A stretch of 64,000 nucleotides of DNA from an uncultured Dehalococcoidia bacterium (lineage in GTDB: Bacteria; Chloroflexota; Dehalococcoidia; Lucifugimonadales; UBA3495). Position numbers and translations under genes: made by a program. Positions 51,795 to 60,160 of this stretch are shown here, piece after piece (the stretch's first letter is position 1; each line of letters starts with the position of its first letter). The notes beneath the pieces are model-generated. The model was given only the letters and a program-made list of their open reading frames with translations. It was not told the origin of the DNA and ran no database searches. The stretch lies in contig CATMOE010000010.1 in NCBI GenBank assembly GCA_950072105.1, positions 4,438-68,437 of the forward strand. The letters are read 5' to 3'.

Positions 51795-52646
51795 ATCCCC
51801 TTGAACCACTGGCCAAAATCGGCGGCCAATCCGCTATCCCCCTCCACCGCCAACCGGCCGGCGGCGATGGCCGGAGACGGGGCTAAGCGTCCGTTGAGCA
51901 GCAGCAGGAAGGTTTCCGTGTCGCATCGAAACGTCACGTCGGCGCGACCCTCCCCGGCATCTTCCAAACGGAACTGATCGCCAGCCATGGCAATCTCCAC
52001 GCTGATCGGGACTGGTTTACTCACGTCGAAGCGATAGCGTACCGGAGCCGGCAAGCTGGGGGCCCGGCCAAAATGCCCAGGGAAGAGACCCGGACGCAAT
52101 AGAGTTGGCGAGCAGAATCATGATTGAGGGCAGACACTCCCGGGATAGACCGGCATCCGGCTCCAGCGCGGAGCGGATGTCCCACTCGTGCAGAGCCAGT
52201 TCTTTTAACCTCAAGTCGATGAAATTACCTGCCGGGACGATACCGCCCGGGTGATAGCAGGGCGTTTCCAGCCGTTCCGGCCCCAACCCCGCCAGCACAT
52301 CGGCCAACTGACCGTCCCGCTGTTTGAGGGTCGCAAGCAATTGGTCGCCAAGCATCTCGGCGTTTGCGATGGCCCCTTGGGCGATGCGCTCACCGGAGGA
52401 CGCTCCGGTGGCGGTACCGGGATCAGGCCGGCCTTCGGGAGCGGTCGTATCTCCCTACAACCCGCACTCCACGGTTGTCGCATATAACTCCGATACTCCG
52501 CTCAAATGGGCTACAACGTGGCGCACCTCCCAACGGTCGCAGGCGCTTTGATGGGTCCACGCCGTTTCCGCCAGACCGGCCAGGTACCCTTGCACACGCT
52601 CCATCTCCGATCGGAGCACCTTCACCCGGTTCTCATGCATGGTCAT
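51791..52646 (-). pseudogene. disrupted DinB/mycothiol-dependent maleylpyruvate isomerase-family gene with SCP2-like C-terminus
   Basis: Three ORF pieces: 52455-52646, 52017-52355, 51791-52099. Pieces 1 and 2 share a frame and are separated by a TAG at 52455-52457. Read-through gives continuous sensible sequence. Piece 3 is in another frame, with a frameshift near 52020-52100. Confidence 0.6.
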
Positions 52647-52701
52647 GCTGATTTCCTTCTCGCCGGTGGTTGCTTGCGGTCACCCCGTTGAATCCCGTCT
52701 C

Positions 52702-53415
52702 CTACGACTCCAGTTGGTCGGCGAGATCCACAAAGTTGCTGGCAACGAAGTCGAAAGACGGGTCGGGAGTGGGGTCCGGTTTGTTGTTGGGGCCGCGCTC
52801 CATGGGACGGGGGACGAAGGCCGACTTGAGGCCAACCTTCTGCGCAGACAATAGATCGCCCTGGTGGGCCGCCACCATCATTACCTGGTGGGGTTTCAAG
52901 CCCAACAGGTCCACCGCCGTTTGGTAGCTCTCCGGGTCCGGTTTGTAATGTCTGGCCAACTCCGCGCCAAGGATGCAATCCCAGGGCAGGCCGGCGTATT
53001 TTCCCATGTTAGTCATTAAAGCAACGTTGCCGTTGGACATGGGCGCCAGGATGAAACGGCGTTTTAGCCGCCACAGTCCCGGCGCCGAATCGGGCCAGCC
53101 GTCCAGACGATGCCAGGCCAGGTTGAACTCGGCTTTAGTCTCCTCGCTGAGGCCATGGATCTCGAACTCGCCCAGCACGTCCTCCAGAGCCATCCTGTGC
53201 AGCGCGTCCAAGTTGGTCCAAGGCAACTCCCCGCTGCGTACTTTATCCATGTAGGGCCGGTATTTGGACCGCCAGGAATCTGCGAATGCCTCCCAGTCGG
53301 CCTTCAGACCGTTGGCTTTGCCGAATTCCTGGCCTTGCCTGGTAATGGAAGTCCGCCAATCAACCACCGTGCCAAAGACATCAAATATCAGGGCCTTCAC
53401 GCCGGAAGAGTCCAT
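52702..53415 (-). CDS. haloacid dehalogenase type II (HAD superfamily)
   Basis: 237 aa. ..ALIFDVFGTVVDW.. nucleophile motif and the type II dehalogenase pattern. Confidence 0.85.
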   Translation of the reverse strand: MDSSGVKALIFDVFGTVVDWRTSITRQGQEFGKANGLKADWEAFADSWRSKYRPYMDKVRSGELPWTNLDALHRMALEDVLGEFEIHGLSEETKAEFNLAWHRLDGWPDSAPGLWRLKRRFILAPMSNGNVALMTNMGKYAGLPWDCILGAELARHYKPDPESYQTAVDLLGLKPHQVMMVAAHQGDLLSAQKVGLKSAFVPRPMERGPNNKPDPTPDPSFDFVASNFVDLADQLES

Positions 53416-53453
53416 CTTCTTTTCCTCCCCAAATCCGTATAGCCAAAGTGGAC

Positions 53454-53524
53454 GATCCTTCGACAGGCTCAGGACGAACGGGGGAAATCAACCCCCTCCG
53501 TTCGTGGTGAGCTTGTCGAACCAC
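53454..53524. repeat. palindromic repeat family A, copy 2
   Basis: gatccttcgacaggctcaggacgaacggg..ccgttcgtggtgagcttgtcgaaccac. The arms are identical to copy 1. Confidence 0.8.
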
Positions 53525-53663
53525 ATTTCTAGGCAGTTACTAGATGCTCGTGGCCGAGGCTCATAGCCGCCCAGCATTGGCAAGATACCCACCGGTGGAC
53601 GGCTTGTCAAATGGCCGGTGATATAATCCTGGGCATCTTCCCGGTAAAGCTTAAAGAGGCAAA

Positions 53664-54626
53664 TTGAAACGAATTATTATCGACACCGACCCGGGCATCG
53701 ACGACGCAGCCGCCATCCTGCTGGCCTTGGCCAGCCCCGAACTGTCGGTGGACGCCGTCACTACCGTATTCGGTAACGGCCCGGTGGACAGATGCACCGC
53801 CAACGCTAGCCGGGTACTGCTGGCCGCCGGACGCACCGATATACCGGTTTATCAGGGAGCAGCCAAACCCTTGGTACGCCCGCCCAATGCCGGATGGGCC
53901 CTCCACATTCACGGCGACGATGCCCTGGGGAACACCGGCTTTCCCCTACCCGCCGAAACACCTCAACCCGGCGAAACCCGGCATGCGGCGCTGGAATTAG
54001 TCGACAGGGTTATGGCTTCCCCGGGGGAGATCACCATTGTGGCGCTGGGGCGATTGACCAACGTAGCGCTAGCCTTGAGCCTTGAGTCTCGGTTTGCCCA
54101 AAGCGTGGCTCGTATCGTCGTTATGGGGGGAGCGGTATACGTGCCGGGTAACGTCTCCCCAGTGGCGTCGGCCAACTTATACGAAGACCCGGAGGCGGCG
54201 TCCATCGTGTACTCCTCCGGAGCTCCCCTGGCCCAGGTCGGGCTGGACGTTTGCAACATGGTAAACATCAGCCGGGATCAGTTGGAACAGATCCAGCGAG
54301 CGGGAAAGGCCACCACGAGATTGCTGGCGGCCGCTACACCCTCGCTACACGATTCCTACGTGGCGCGCGGGCTTCTGAAAGAAGAGGAGGGGGTGCGTTA
54401 CAACGACATGCCGGCCATCGCCTTCATGGTAGACCCGGACCTGTTTGGCTGCTCGGACATGTTCGTGGAAATCGAAACCCAAAGCCCCACCTCCCGAGGC
54501 CAGACAGTGGCCCAACGTGCCGGCCCCGGCGTACCCCCGCCCAACGTCACCGTCTGCCTGGAGGTAGACGGTGACAGAGTTGCCCGGCTGTTCACGGAGC
54601 GTATCGTTGGCTACGGCGCACCGTGA
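53664..54626 (+). CDS. nucleoside hydrolase
   Basis: 320 aa. N-terminal IIIDTDPGIDDAAAI aspartate cluster. TTG start after AAGAGG. Confidence 0.85.
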   Translation: MKRIIIDTDPGIDDAAAILLALASPELSVDAVTTVFGNGPVDRCTANASRVLLAAGRTDIPVYQGAAKPLVRPPNAGWALHIHGDDALGNTGFPLPAETPQPGETRHAALELVDRVMASPGEITIVALGRLTNVALALSLESRFAQSVARIVVMGGAVYVPGNVSPVASANLYEDPEAASIVYSSGAPLAQVGLDVCNMVNISRDQLEQIQRAGKATTRLLAAATPSLHDSYVARGLLKEEEGVRYNDMPAIAFMVDPDLFGCSDMFVEIETQSPTSRGQTVAQRAGPGVPPPNVTVCLEVDGDRVARLFTERIVGYGAP

Positions 54627-54674
54627 ACACCAGTCAACTAGAACTACGTCTCAGACAAGTCGTACCGATGCCGA

Positions 54675-55145
54675 TTAAAGGCCGTCTACCGCCGCTTGGA
54701 CCTCGTCGTAATCAGGCTCGACTCCGGGATTGGGGCCGATCCATGTGTATCGGATCACGCCTTCCTTGTCTACGACAAAGACGGCTCTCTTGGCCGCCAC
54801 GTAGCCGTCCATGCCGGCGAAATTCTCCAGAGCCACGTCGTACTGGTTGACCACCTGACGGGTGAAATCGCTCAGCAGCGGGAAATTCAGGTTATTCTGG
54901 TCGCTGAAAACCTTCTGGGCGAACGCCCCATCTACGCTGATGCCGAGTACCTGACTGTTCAGGGAATTAAACCGTTCCATCCGGTCCCTGAAAGTGCACA
55001 TCTCAGTAGTGCAAACCCCGGTAAACGCTCCTGGGTAGAAGGCCAAGACCACGCTTTTGCCTCGAAACTCTGCCAAAGACCGCTGTTGCCGGTCAGCATC
55101 GTAAAGGGTGAAATCCGGCGCCGGTTGTCCCACTTCCACTGCCAT
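54675..55145 (-). CDS. peroxiredoxin (AhpC/TSA-Bcp type)
   Basis: 156 aa. ..FYPGAFTGVCTTEMC.. peroxidatic/resolving Cys region. AGGAGG RBS. Confidence 0.85.
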   Translation of the reverse strand: MAVEVGQPAPDFTLYDADRQQRSLAEFRGKSVVLAFYPGAFTGVCTTEMCTFRDRMERFNSLNSQVLGISVDGAFAQKVFSDQNNLNFPLLSDFTRQVVNQYDVALENFAGMDGYVAAKRAVFVVDKEGVIRYTWIGPNPGVEPDYDEVQAAVDGL

Positions 55146-55367
55146 AAATATCCTCCTGCACAGCCGCCAGCCAATCGCCGGCCGCTGGAAATCAATTATT
55201 CTAGCCGTATCTGTTCGGCTTTGGCCTATGTTAACACAGGCTCGGCGATCGGAAGCACCGGAGGCTACCTTTCAGCTTGGAAACAGCTACATCGTGGTAC
55301 AATTGCCCGGCTCCGTCTAGAAGGGCGGCAGATCAATCACTAGAGCGATCACGGGAGCAAGCAAGCT

Positions 55368-56969
55368 ATGTATTTTGATTCACGGCGTTCCACGGTCCTG
55401 GCAACCCACGGTATGGTCGCGACCAGCCAGCCCCTAGCGGCAATGGCCGGTGTACGCGTCTTGATGGACGGGGGCAACGCCGTGGACGCCGCCATCGCCA
55501 GCGCCGCGGTGCTCAACGTGGTGGAGCCGGTATCCACCGGCGTGGGCGGCGACATGTTCGCTCTGATATGGAACAACAAGGAAAAGAGTGTCCGGTCGAT
55601 AAACGGCAGCGGCCGCGCCCCCATGGGAGCGACGATCGATGCGCTGAAAGCCGAAGGACACAGCATGATGCCGCAAAAAGGCGTCCACTCTGTTACCGTG
55701 CCAGGAGCCGTCCATGGATGGGAAACCCTGCTGGAAAGCTGCGGGACCATGCCACTGTCCCATCTCCTGCAACCCGCGATAAAGTACGCCGAGGAAGGTT
55801 TTCCCGTATCCGACATCATCTCCTTCCAATGGTCCAAAATGGTGGAGACGCTATCCCGGCTCCCCTCCGGTCAGGAGATGTTGCTAAATGGAAAGGCCCC
55901 CAAGCACGGCGAGATGATGCGCATCCCCACGTTGGGCCGTACCCTGAGGGCCGTGGCCGAGGGAGGGTCGGAAGCCTTCTATAAAGGCGATATCGCGGCG
56001 AAGTTGGCGGAGTTCATACAGGAGCAGGGCGGGTGTATGACCACCGCCGACATGGCCAATCACACTTCCGATTGGCAGGACCCCATCTCCACCGACTACC
56101 GGGGCGTGACCTGCTGGGAATGCCCGCCCAGCGACCAGGGTGTGGCCGCTCTGGAAGCGTTGAACATCATCGAAGGTTACGACATCGCGGCGATGGGTTC
56201 CCAGACCGCCGACACGTATCACCATCTGATCGAGGCGATGCGTCTGGCTTTTGCCGACGCCTTCCAATACGTCGCCGACCCCGACTTCGCCCAGGTGCCG
56301 ACCGCCGAAATGCTGTCCAAAGACTTTGCCAAAAAGCGCCGCGCGCTGATAGATCCCAGGCGGGCTTTGGAAACCGTCCCTTACGGCAAGATCCAAGGCG
56401 GCAGCGACACCGTCTACATCAGCGCGGTGGACGGTGAAGGCAACGCTTGCTCCTTCATCTACAGCATCTATTCCAACTTTGGGTCCGGCATGGTGGTGCC
56501 AGGAACCGGCATAGTGCTGCACAATAGGGGCGCCCTCTTCTCGCTGGAACCCGGCCACGTCAACGCTCTGGAGGGAGGCAAACGACCCTACCACACCATA
56601 ATCCCCGGGCTGGCGACCAAGGACAACGAACTGTACCTTTGCTACGGCGTGATGGGCGCATTCATGCAACCCCAGGGGCACCTCCAAGTGATCAGCAACC
56701 TGGTGGACCACGGCATGGACGCTCAGGCTGCCCTTAATGCCCTGCGGTTCATCGTCACGGAAGCCGACGTTTCCTTGGAAGAAGGCATCTCTCCCCAGGT
56801 GTTAGCCGATCTGGATAACCGGGGACATAACACCAAGATGATCAGCAGCTACTACCGGGGCATGTCCGGCGGGATGGGCGGCGCCCAGTTGATCCAACGA
56901 GACCCCGGCACCGGCGTCCTACACGGCGCGTCCGAACCCCGTAAAGACGGCTGCGCCATCGGCTGGTAA
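55368..56969 (+). CDS. ggt: gamma-glutamyltransferase family protein
   Basis: 533 aa. Autoprocessing site ..GGSDTVYISAVD.. and overall GGT pattern. No signal peptide seen. Confidence 0.85.
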   Translation: MYFDSRRSTVLATHGMVATSQPLAAMAGVRVLMDGGNAVDAAIASAAVLNVVEPVSTGVGGDMFALIWNNKEKSVRSINGSGRAPMGATIDALKAEGHSMMPQKGVHSVTVPGAVHGWETLLESCGTMPLSHLLQPAIKYAEEGFPVSDIISFQWSKMVETLSRLPSGQEMLLNGKAPKHGEMMRIPTLGRTLRAVAEGGSEAFYKGDIAAKLAEFIQEQGGCMTTADMANHTSDWQDPISTDYRGVTCWECPPSDQGVAALEALNIIEGYDIAAMGSQTADTYHHLIEAMRLAFADAFQYVADPDFAQVPTAEMLSKDFAKKRRALIDPRRALETVPYGKIQGGSDTVYISAVDGEGNACSFIYSIYSNFGSGMVVPGTGIVLHNRGALFSLEPGHVNALEGGKRPYHTIIPGLATKDNELYLCYGVMGAFMQPQGHLQVISNLVDHGMDAQAALNALRFIVTEADVSLEEGISPQVLADLDNRGHNTKMISSYYRGMSGGMGGAQLIQRDPGTGVLHGASEPRKDGCAIGW

Positions 56970-57098
56970 GGATTGTAGAGGCCGGATCAGCTTGTAAGTC
57001 TTCCTGCGTTGACACTAACCGAACCCGCAGGTAGACTCCGAAATGTATCGCAAGTTCACACCGTCCTTAAAAGTTGGTTTGCATCGATAGGAGTTCCC

Positions 57099-58064
57099 AT
57101 GGCACAGCCAGATAAGAACCGGTCCTTTTACTCCAAATATTTTCGGGAAGGCGAAGTTCTGCACGGATTGCAGGTCCAGCCGGACGACCGCGAGTGGGTT
57201 CTATCCGTGCCTAAAGACGACGTTAAACCACATGATGTAGTCCTGTATCTGGGATGCAACGTGTTGAAAACCAGCAATCTAGTTCAGACGGTGGTGGATA
57301 TATTCAAGTTGATGGATGTGGACTTCGTCGCGGTGGGCGGCGCCTCTTATTGCTGCGGGATCCAGCATTTCCAGCGAGGGGACGAGTCAGCGGCTCGCTC
57401 GATGTCGCGCACAACCATGGATAATTTCAAAAAGTTCCAGCCCGAGCAGGTGGTGATGTGGTGTCCTTCCTGCATCTACTTCTACGATGACATCATGGAC
57501 CTAAAGGAAGAGATGCCCTTCCAGCACGTGACCGAATTCCTGATGCAGAACCTGGACAAGCTGGACTTCAAGCCCCAGCCGGAAGCGAAAGTGAGCCTGC
57601 ACTACCATACGGGAAGGGAACAATCGGACATTGAGGCCCGCTCCGCTTTTCAACTTCTGTCCTTATTACCGGGCATCGAAGTGGCCGACTTGGGTAGCGA
57701 TGCCCGGCTCAGCCGCCACTGCACGGCCGCGGCAAGGGAAAAAACCGGCGCCGAGATATGGGACGGCATCATCAAGGGATCATTCGACCGGGCCGTGGAA
57801 GAAAACGTGGACATCTACTCCACCCTATACCACGGTTGCCAGCGTGACCTTTGCCGCCACGAAAAAGACTACCCCCTAAGGGTTGACCACTACCTGACGT
57901 TGGTGGGACGGGCGCTGGGCATCGAACATGAGGACCTGTACAAGAAATACATGATGATGGGCGACCTGGAAGGCATCCTAGCTGAAACCAGCCCCTGTTC
58001 CGTTGCCAGCGGCATCAAGCCGGAAGAGGCCCGAGAGATCATACAGAAGACTTTCGTGAGCTAG
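57099..58064 (+). CDS. CCG-domain (HdrB/GlpC/LutA-like cysteine-rich) protein
   Basis: Start taken at the ATG at 57099 (TAGGAG RBS). ..LYLGCNVL..(x)..ASYCCGI.. and a second ..WCPSC.. cysteine-rich repeat. Confidence 0.65.
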   Translation: MAQPDKNRSFYSKYFREGEVLHGLQVQPDDREWVLSVPKDDVKPHDVVLYLGCNVLKTSNLVQTVVDIFKLMDVDFVAVGGASYCCGIQHFQRGDESAARSMSRTTMDNFKKFQPEQVVMWCPSCIYFYDDIMDLKEEMPFQHVTEFLMQNLDKLDFKPQPEAKVSLHYHTGREQSDIEARSAFQLLSLLPGIEVADLGSDARLSRHCTAAAREKTGAEIWDGIIKGSFDRAVEENVDIYSTLYHGCQRDLCRHEKDYPLRVDHYLTLVGRALGIEHEDLYKKYMMMGDLEGILAETSPCSVASGIKPEEAREIIQKTFVS

Positions 58065-58306
58065 GGCGGCCCTGACTTCTCGGAACCGGCTTCGTCCGGC
58101 GGCAGATGTCTGCTGCCGGCGGTTAGCCAGTTAGATCGCGTCATCACCTCTTTGGCAAACAACTCCATGAACCGCATCACCTTGTCTTGCTCCAATTTCT
58201 GATGTGCGTGTTGGCCCCGAACCACTGAACGTCGTGCCGGCGCTCCAGACCGGTTGACCCTCCCCCACGGTTCCCATACAATTGGCTTCCGAATCGTTCC
58301 TAGCAT
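58061..58306 (-). pseudogene. probable relic of the C-terminal end of an LLM-class oxidoreductase gene
   Basis: Only residues ..GQHAHQKLEQDKVMRFMELFAKEVM.. (about 58136-58216) resemble the conserved LLM C-terminal helix. The rest of the ORF is non-homologous. Confidence 0.25.
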
Positions 58307-58350
58307 ATTGAACGCAACGCCCTCGCGTATATCGGGAGGCAGGAGGAACC

Positions 58351-59178
58351 ATGGCGCAAGAAGGATATTCGCATCCGGAGTTCTTGGTGGATGCCGAGTG
58401 GGTGGACGCCCATAAGGACGATGCCAACGTTGTTATCGTTGATTGCGACGTCGAGGTAGGCTTTGTCCGGGGCCACATCCCCGAGTCCGTGTTGGTGCCC
58501 GACAACTACGAGAAGAACCCGGACACGGGCCGGGTCCTTCTGATGGAACCGGACCAGTTCAAGGCCATGTGTCAGGGACTGGGTATCGGTGACGACACTC
58601 TAGTCATCGCATACGACAACTCCCAGAGCCTCACTGCCGCCCGGCTGTGGTGGGCGCTTAACACCTATGGCCACGGCAACGTCAAGGTGCTGGACGGCGG
58701 GTGGCGCCGCTGGGTGTCCGAGGGCCACAAGATCAGCTTCGACCGTGCCCACCCCAACACCAACGTGACCTTCACTCCCAAGCGCGATGAGTCGCTGCTA
58801 GTCAAGGTCGACGAACTCAAAGCCGCCTGTAATCTGGACAGCGCGGTTATCTGGGACGTGCGGAGCAACGGAGAGTGGGACGGCAGCGCTGGCCGGGGCA
58901 ACAAGCGAGTCGGCCACGTACCGGGAGCGGTGCATCTGGAATGGTTCAACCTGATGGACCGGGACACGCACCAGTTCAAGTCCGCCGGAGACATACGGCG
59001 CATCTTGTCTGAGAATGGCATCACGCCGGACAAGAACGTTTACACGTATTGACAGGGTGGCATCCGAGCGGCGAACAGTGTGTTCGTCATGCAGTTGGTG
59101 GGATACAACAACACTAAGAACTACGATGGCTCCATGGGCGAATGGGCCAACATGGAGGACACTCCGCTGGAGGTCTAA
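58351..59178 (+). CDS. two-domain rhodanese (thiosulfate/3-mercaptopyruvate sulfurtransferase family) with predicted selenocysteine (TGA 59050-59052) in the catalytic loop
   Basis: The track ORF stops at TGA after ..NVYTY. The same frame continues QGGIRAANSVFVMQLVGYNNTKNYDGSMGEWANMEDTPLEV to TAA at 59176-59178. TGA therefore sits where the family has the catalytic Cys (Y-C-x-G-x-R-A), and the tail carries the conserved YDGSxxEW. Confidence 0.7.
59060..59092 (+). promoter_or_regulatory. SECIS-like hairpin 8 nt downstream of the in-frame TGA
   Basis: Lower stem gcat (59060-59063) pairs with atgc (59089-59092). A 6-nt bulge follows. Upper stem is ggcgaaca (59070-59077) with tgttcgtc (59081-59088, one G-U). 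Apical loop is GUG. Confidence 0.5.
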
Positions 59179-59249
59179 GCGGCAACCAAGCAATGAAATG
59201 ATATGAGGAGCTTCGGACGGACGACATAGCAACATACGTTATTGGCGCA

Positions 59250-59516
59250 GTGCTAAGTGTGAAAGACCCAGAGAAGTTCGCCGCCTACCAACAGGCCGCC
59301 GGACCCACCGTGGCCCTATACGGCGGCAAGATCTTGGGTGGCGGTACCAACATTGAAGTTGCCGACGGAACCTGGTCACCCATCGGCATGGTGGTGATCG
59401 AGTTCGAAACCATGGCCAAGGCCAAGGAGTGGTACACATCGCCGGAATACACCGCGGTAAAATCCGGGCGGTTGGACAGCACCGACGGCGGCTTGGTATT
59501 CCTGGACGCGGGTTAA
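59250..59516 (+). CDS. DUF1330 domain-containing protein
   Basis: ..VIEFETMAKAKEWYTSPEY.. is the DUF1330 signature. Homology seems to begin upstream of the GTG at 59250 (..ATYVIGAV..), where no canonical start codon exists. Confidence 0.65.
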   Translation: MLSVKDPEKFAAYQQAAGPTVALYGGKILGGGTNIEVADGTWSPIGMVVIEFETMAKAKEWYTSPEYTAVKSGRLDSTDGGLVFLDAG

Positions 59517-59576
59517 TCCACTGGTCCAGGACCATCCGCGACGACTGCTGTATCACTTGATTGACAGTTTCGAGAC

Positions 59577-60080
59577 GTGACTGTGGCCGAAGCCGAAGAC
59601 CACTCGGATATGACCCCCATATCGCGTCCCGCGGCGCGGGTGGTGTTGATCGACGCCAAGGACCGGTGCCTGTTGTTTAGGTGGAAACCTCCCAACGTAT
59701 GGATCACGCTGGGCGGTGGATTGGAGGCGAGCGAGACTTACGAACAGGCTGCGCTACGGGAGCTATGGGAGGAAACCGGGCTAACCGGTGTCGAATTGGG
59801 ACCTTGGGTTTGGAGCCGTACCACCGTTTTCAAATGGCGGGGCGTGCTATACGAGGCACACGAGCAGTTTTATCTCATCCGTGTCCAGGAGCATACCGTA
59901 TCCTTGGACGGTCTTGACTCCGTAGAAGTCGAGGAAATGACCGAGTATAAGTGGTGGTCCACCGAAGAAATCCTGGCCGCCAAGGATGTGGAGACGTTCG
60001 CCTCAAGAAGGCTGGGCGAGCTTTTACCGCCATTGATCGCCGGGAAAATCCCACCAGTCCCCATAGAAACCGGCACGTAA
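59577..60080 (+). CDS. NUDIX hydrolase
   Basis: 167 aa. Nudix box GGGLEASETYEQAALRELWEETG. The start may be the internal ATG (Met12). Confidence 0.8.
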   Translation: MTVAEAEDHSDMTPISRPAARVVLIDAKDRCLLFRWKPPNVWITLGGGLEASETYEQAALRELWEETGLTGVELGPWVWSRTTVFKWRGVLYEAHEQFYLIRVQEHTVSLDGLDSVEVEEMTEYKWWSTEEILAAKDVETFASRRLGELLPPLIAGKIPPVPIETGT

Positions 60081-60160
60081 ATCAACGGATCTTCACTGCG
60101 TAGCTCATCCTTTTCTGTCCGCCCCATCACAACCACGCCCCGGTGTCCCTCGCCCTCTCC

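Noticed and set aside
52455-52457. In-frame TAG in the DinB-family gene as possible pyrrolysine or programmed read-through.
   Set aside because: No pyl genes or PYLIS-like context are present. The same gene also has a frameshift about 400 nt downstream. A pseudogene or sequence error is the simpler explanation.
59193-59201. ATG-AAA-TGA in frame with the DUF1330 gene as a second selenocysteine codon.
   Set aside because: A Sec at codon 3 has no functional rationale. DUF1330 homology starts well downstream. No hairpin comparable to the one after 59050 follows.
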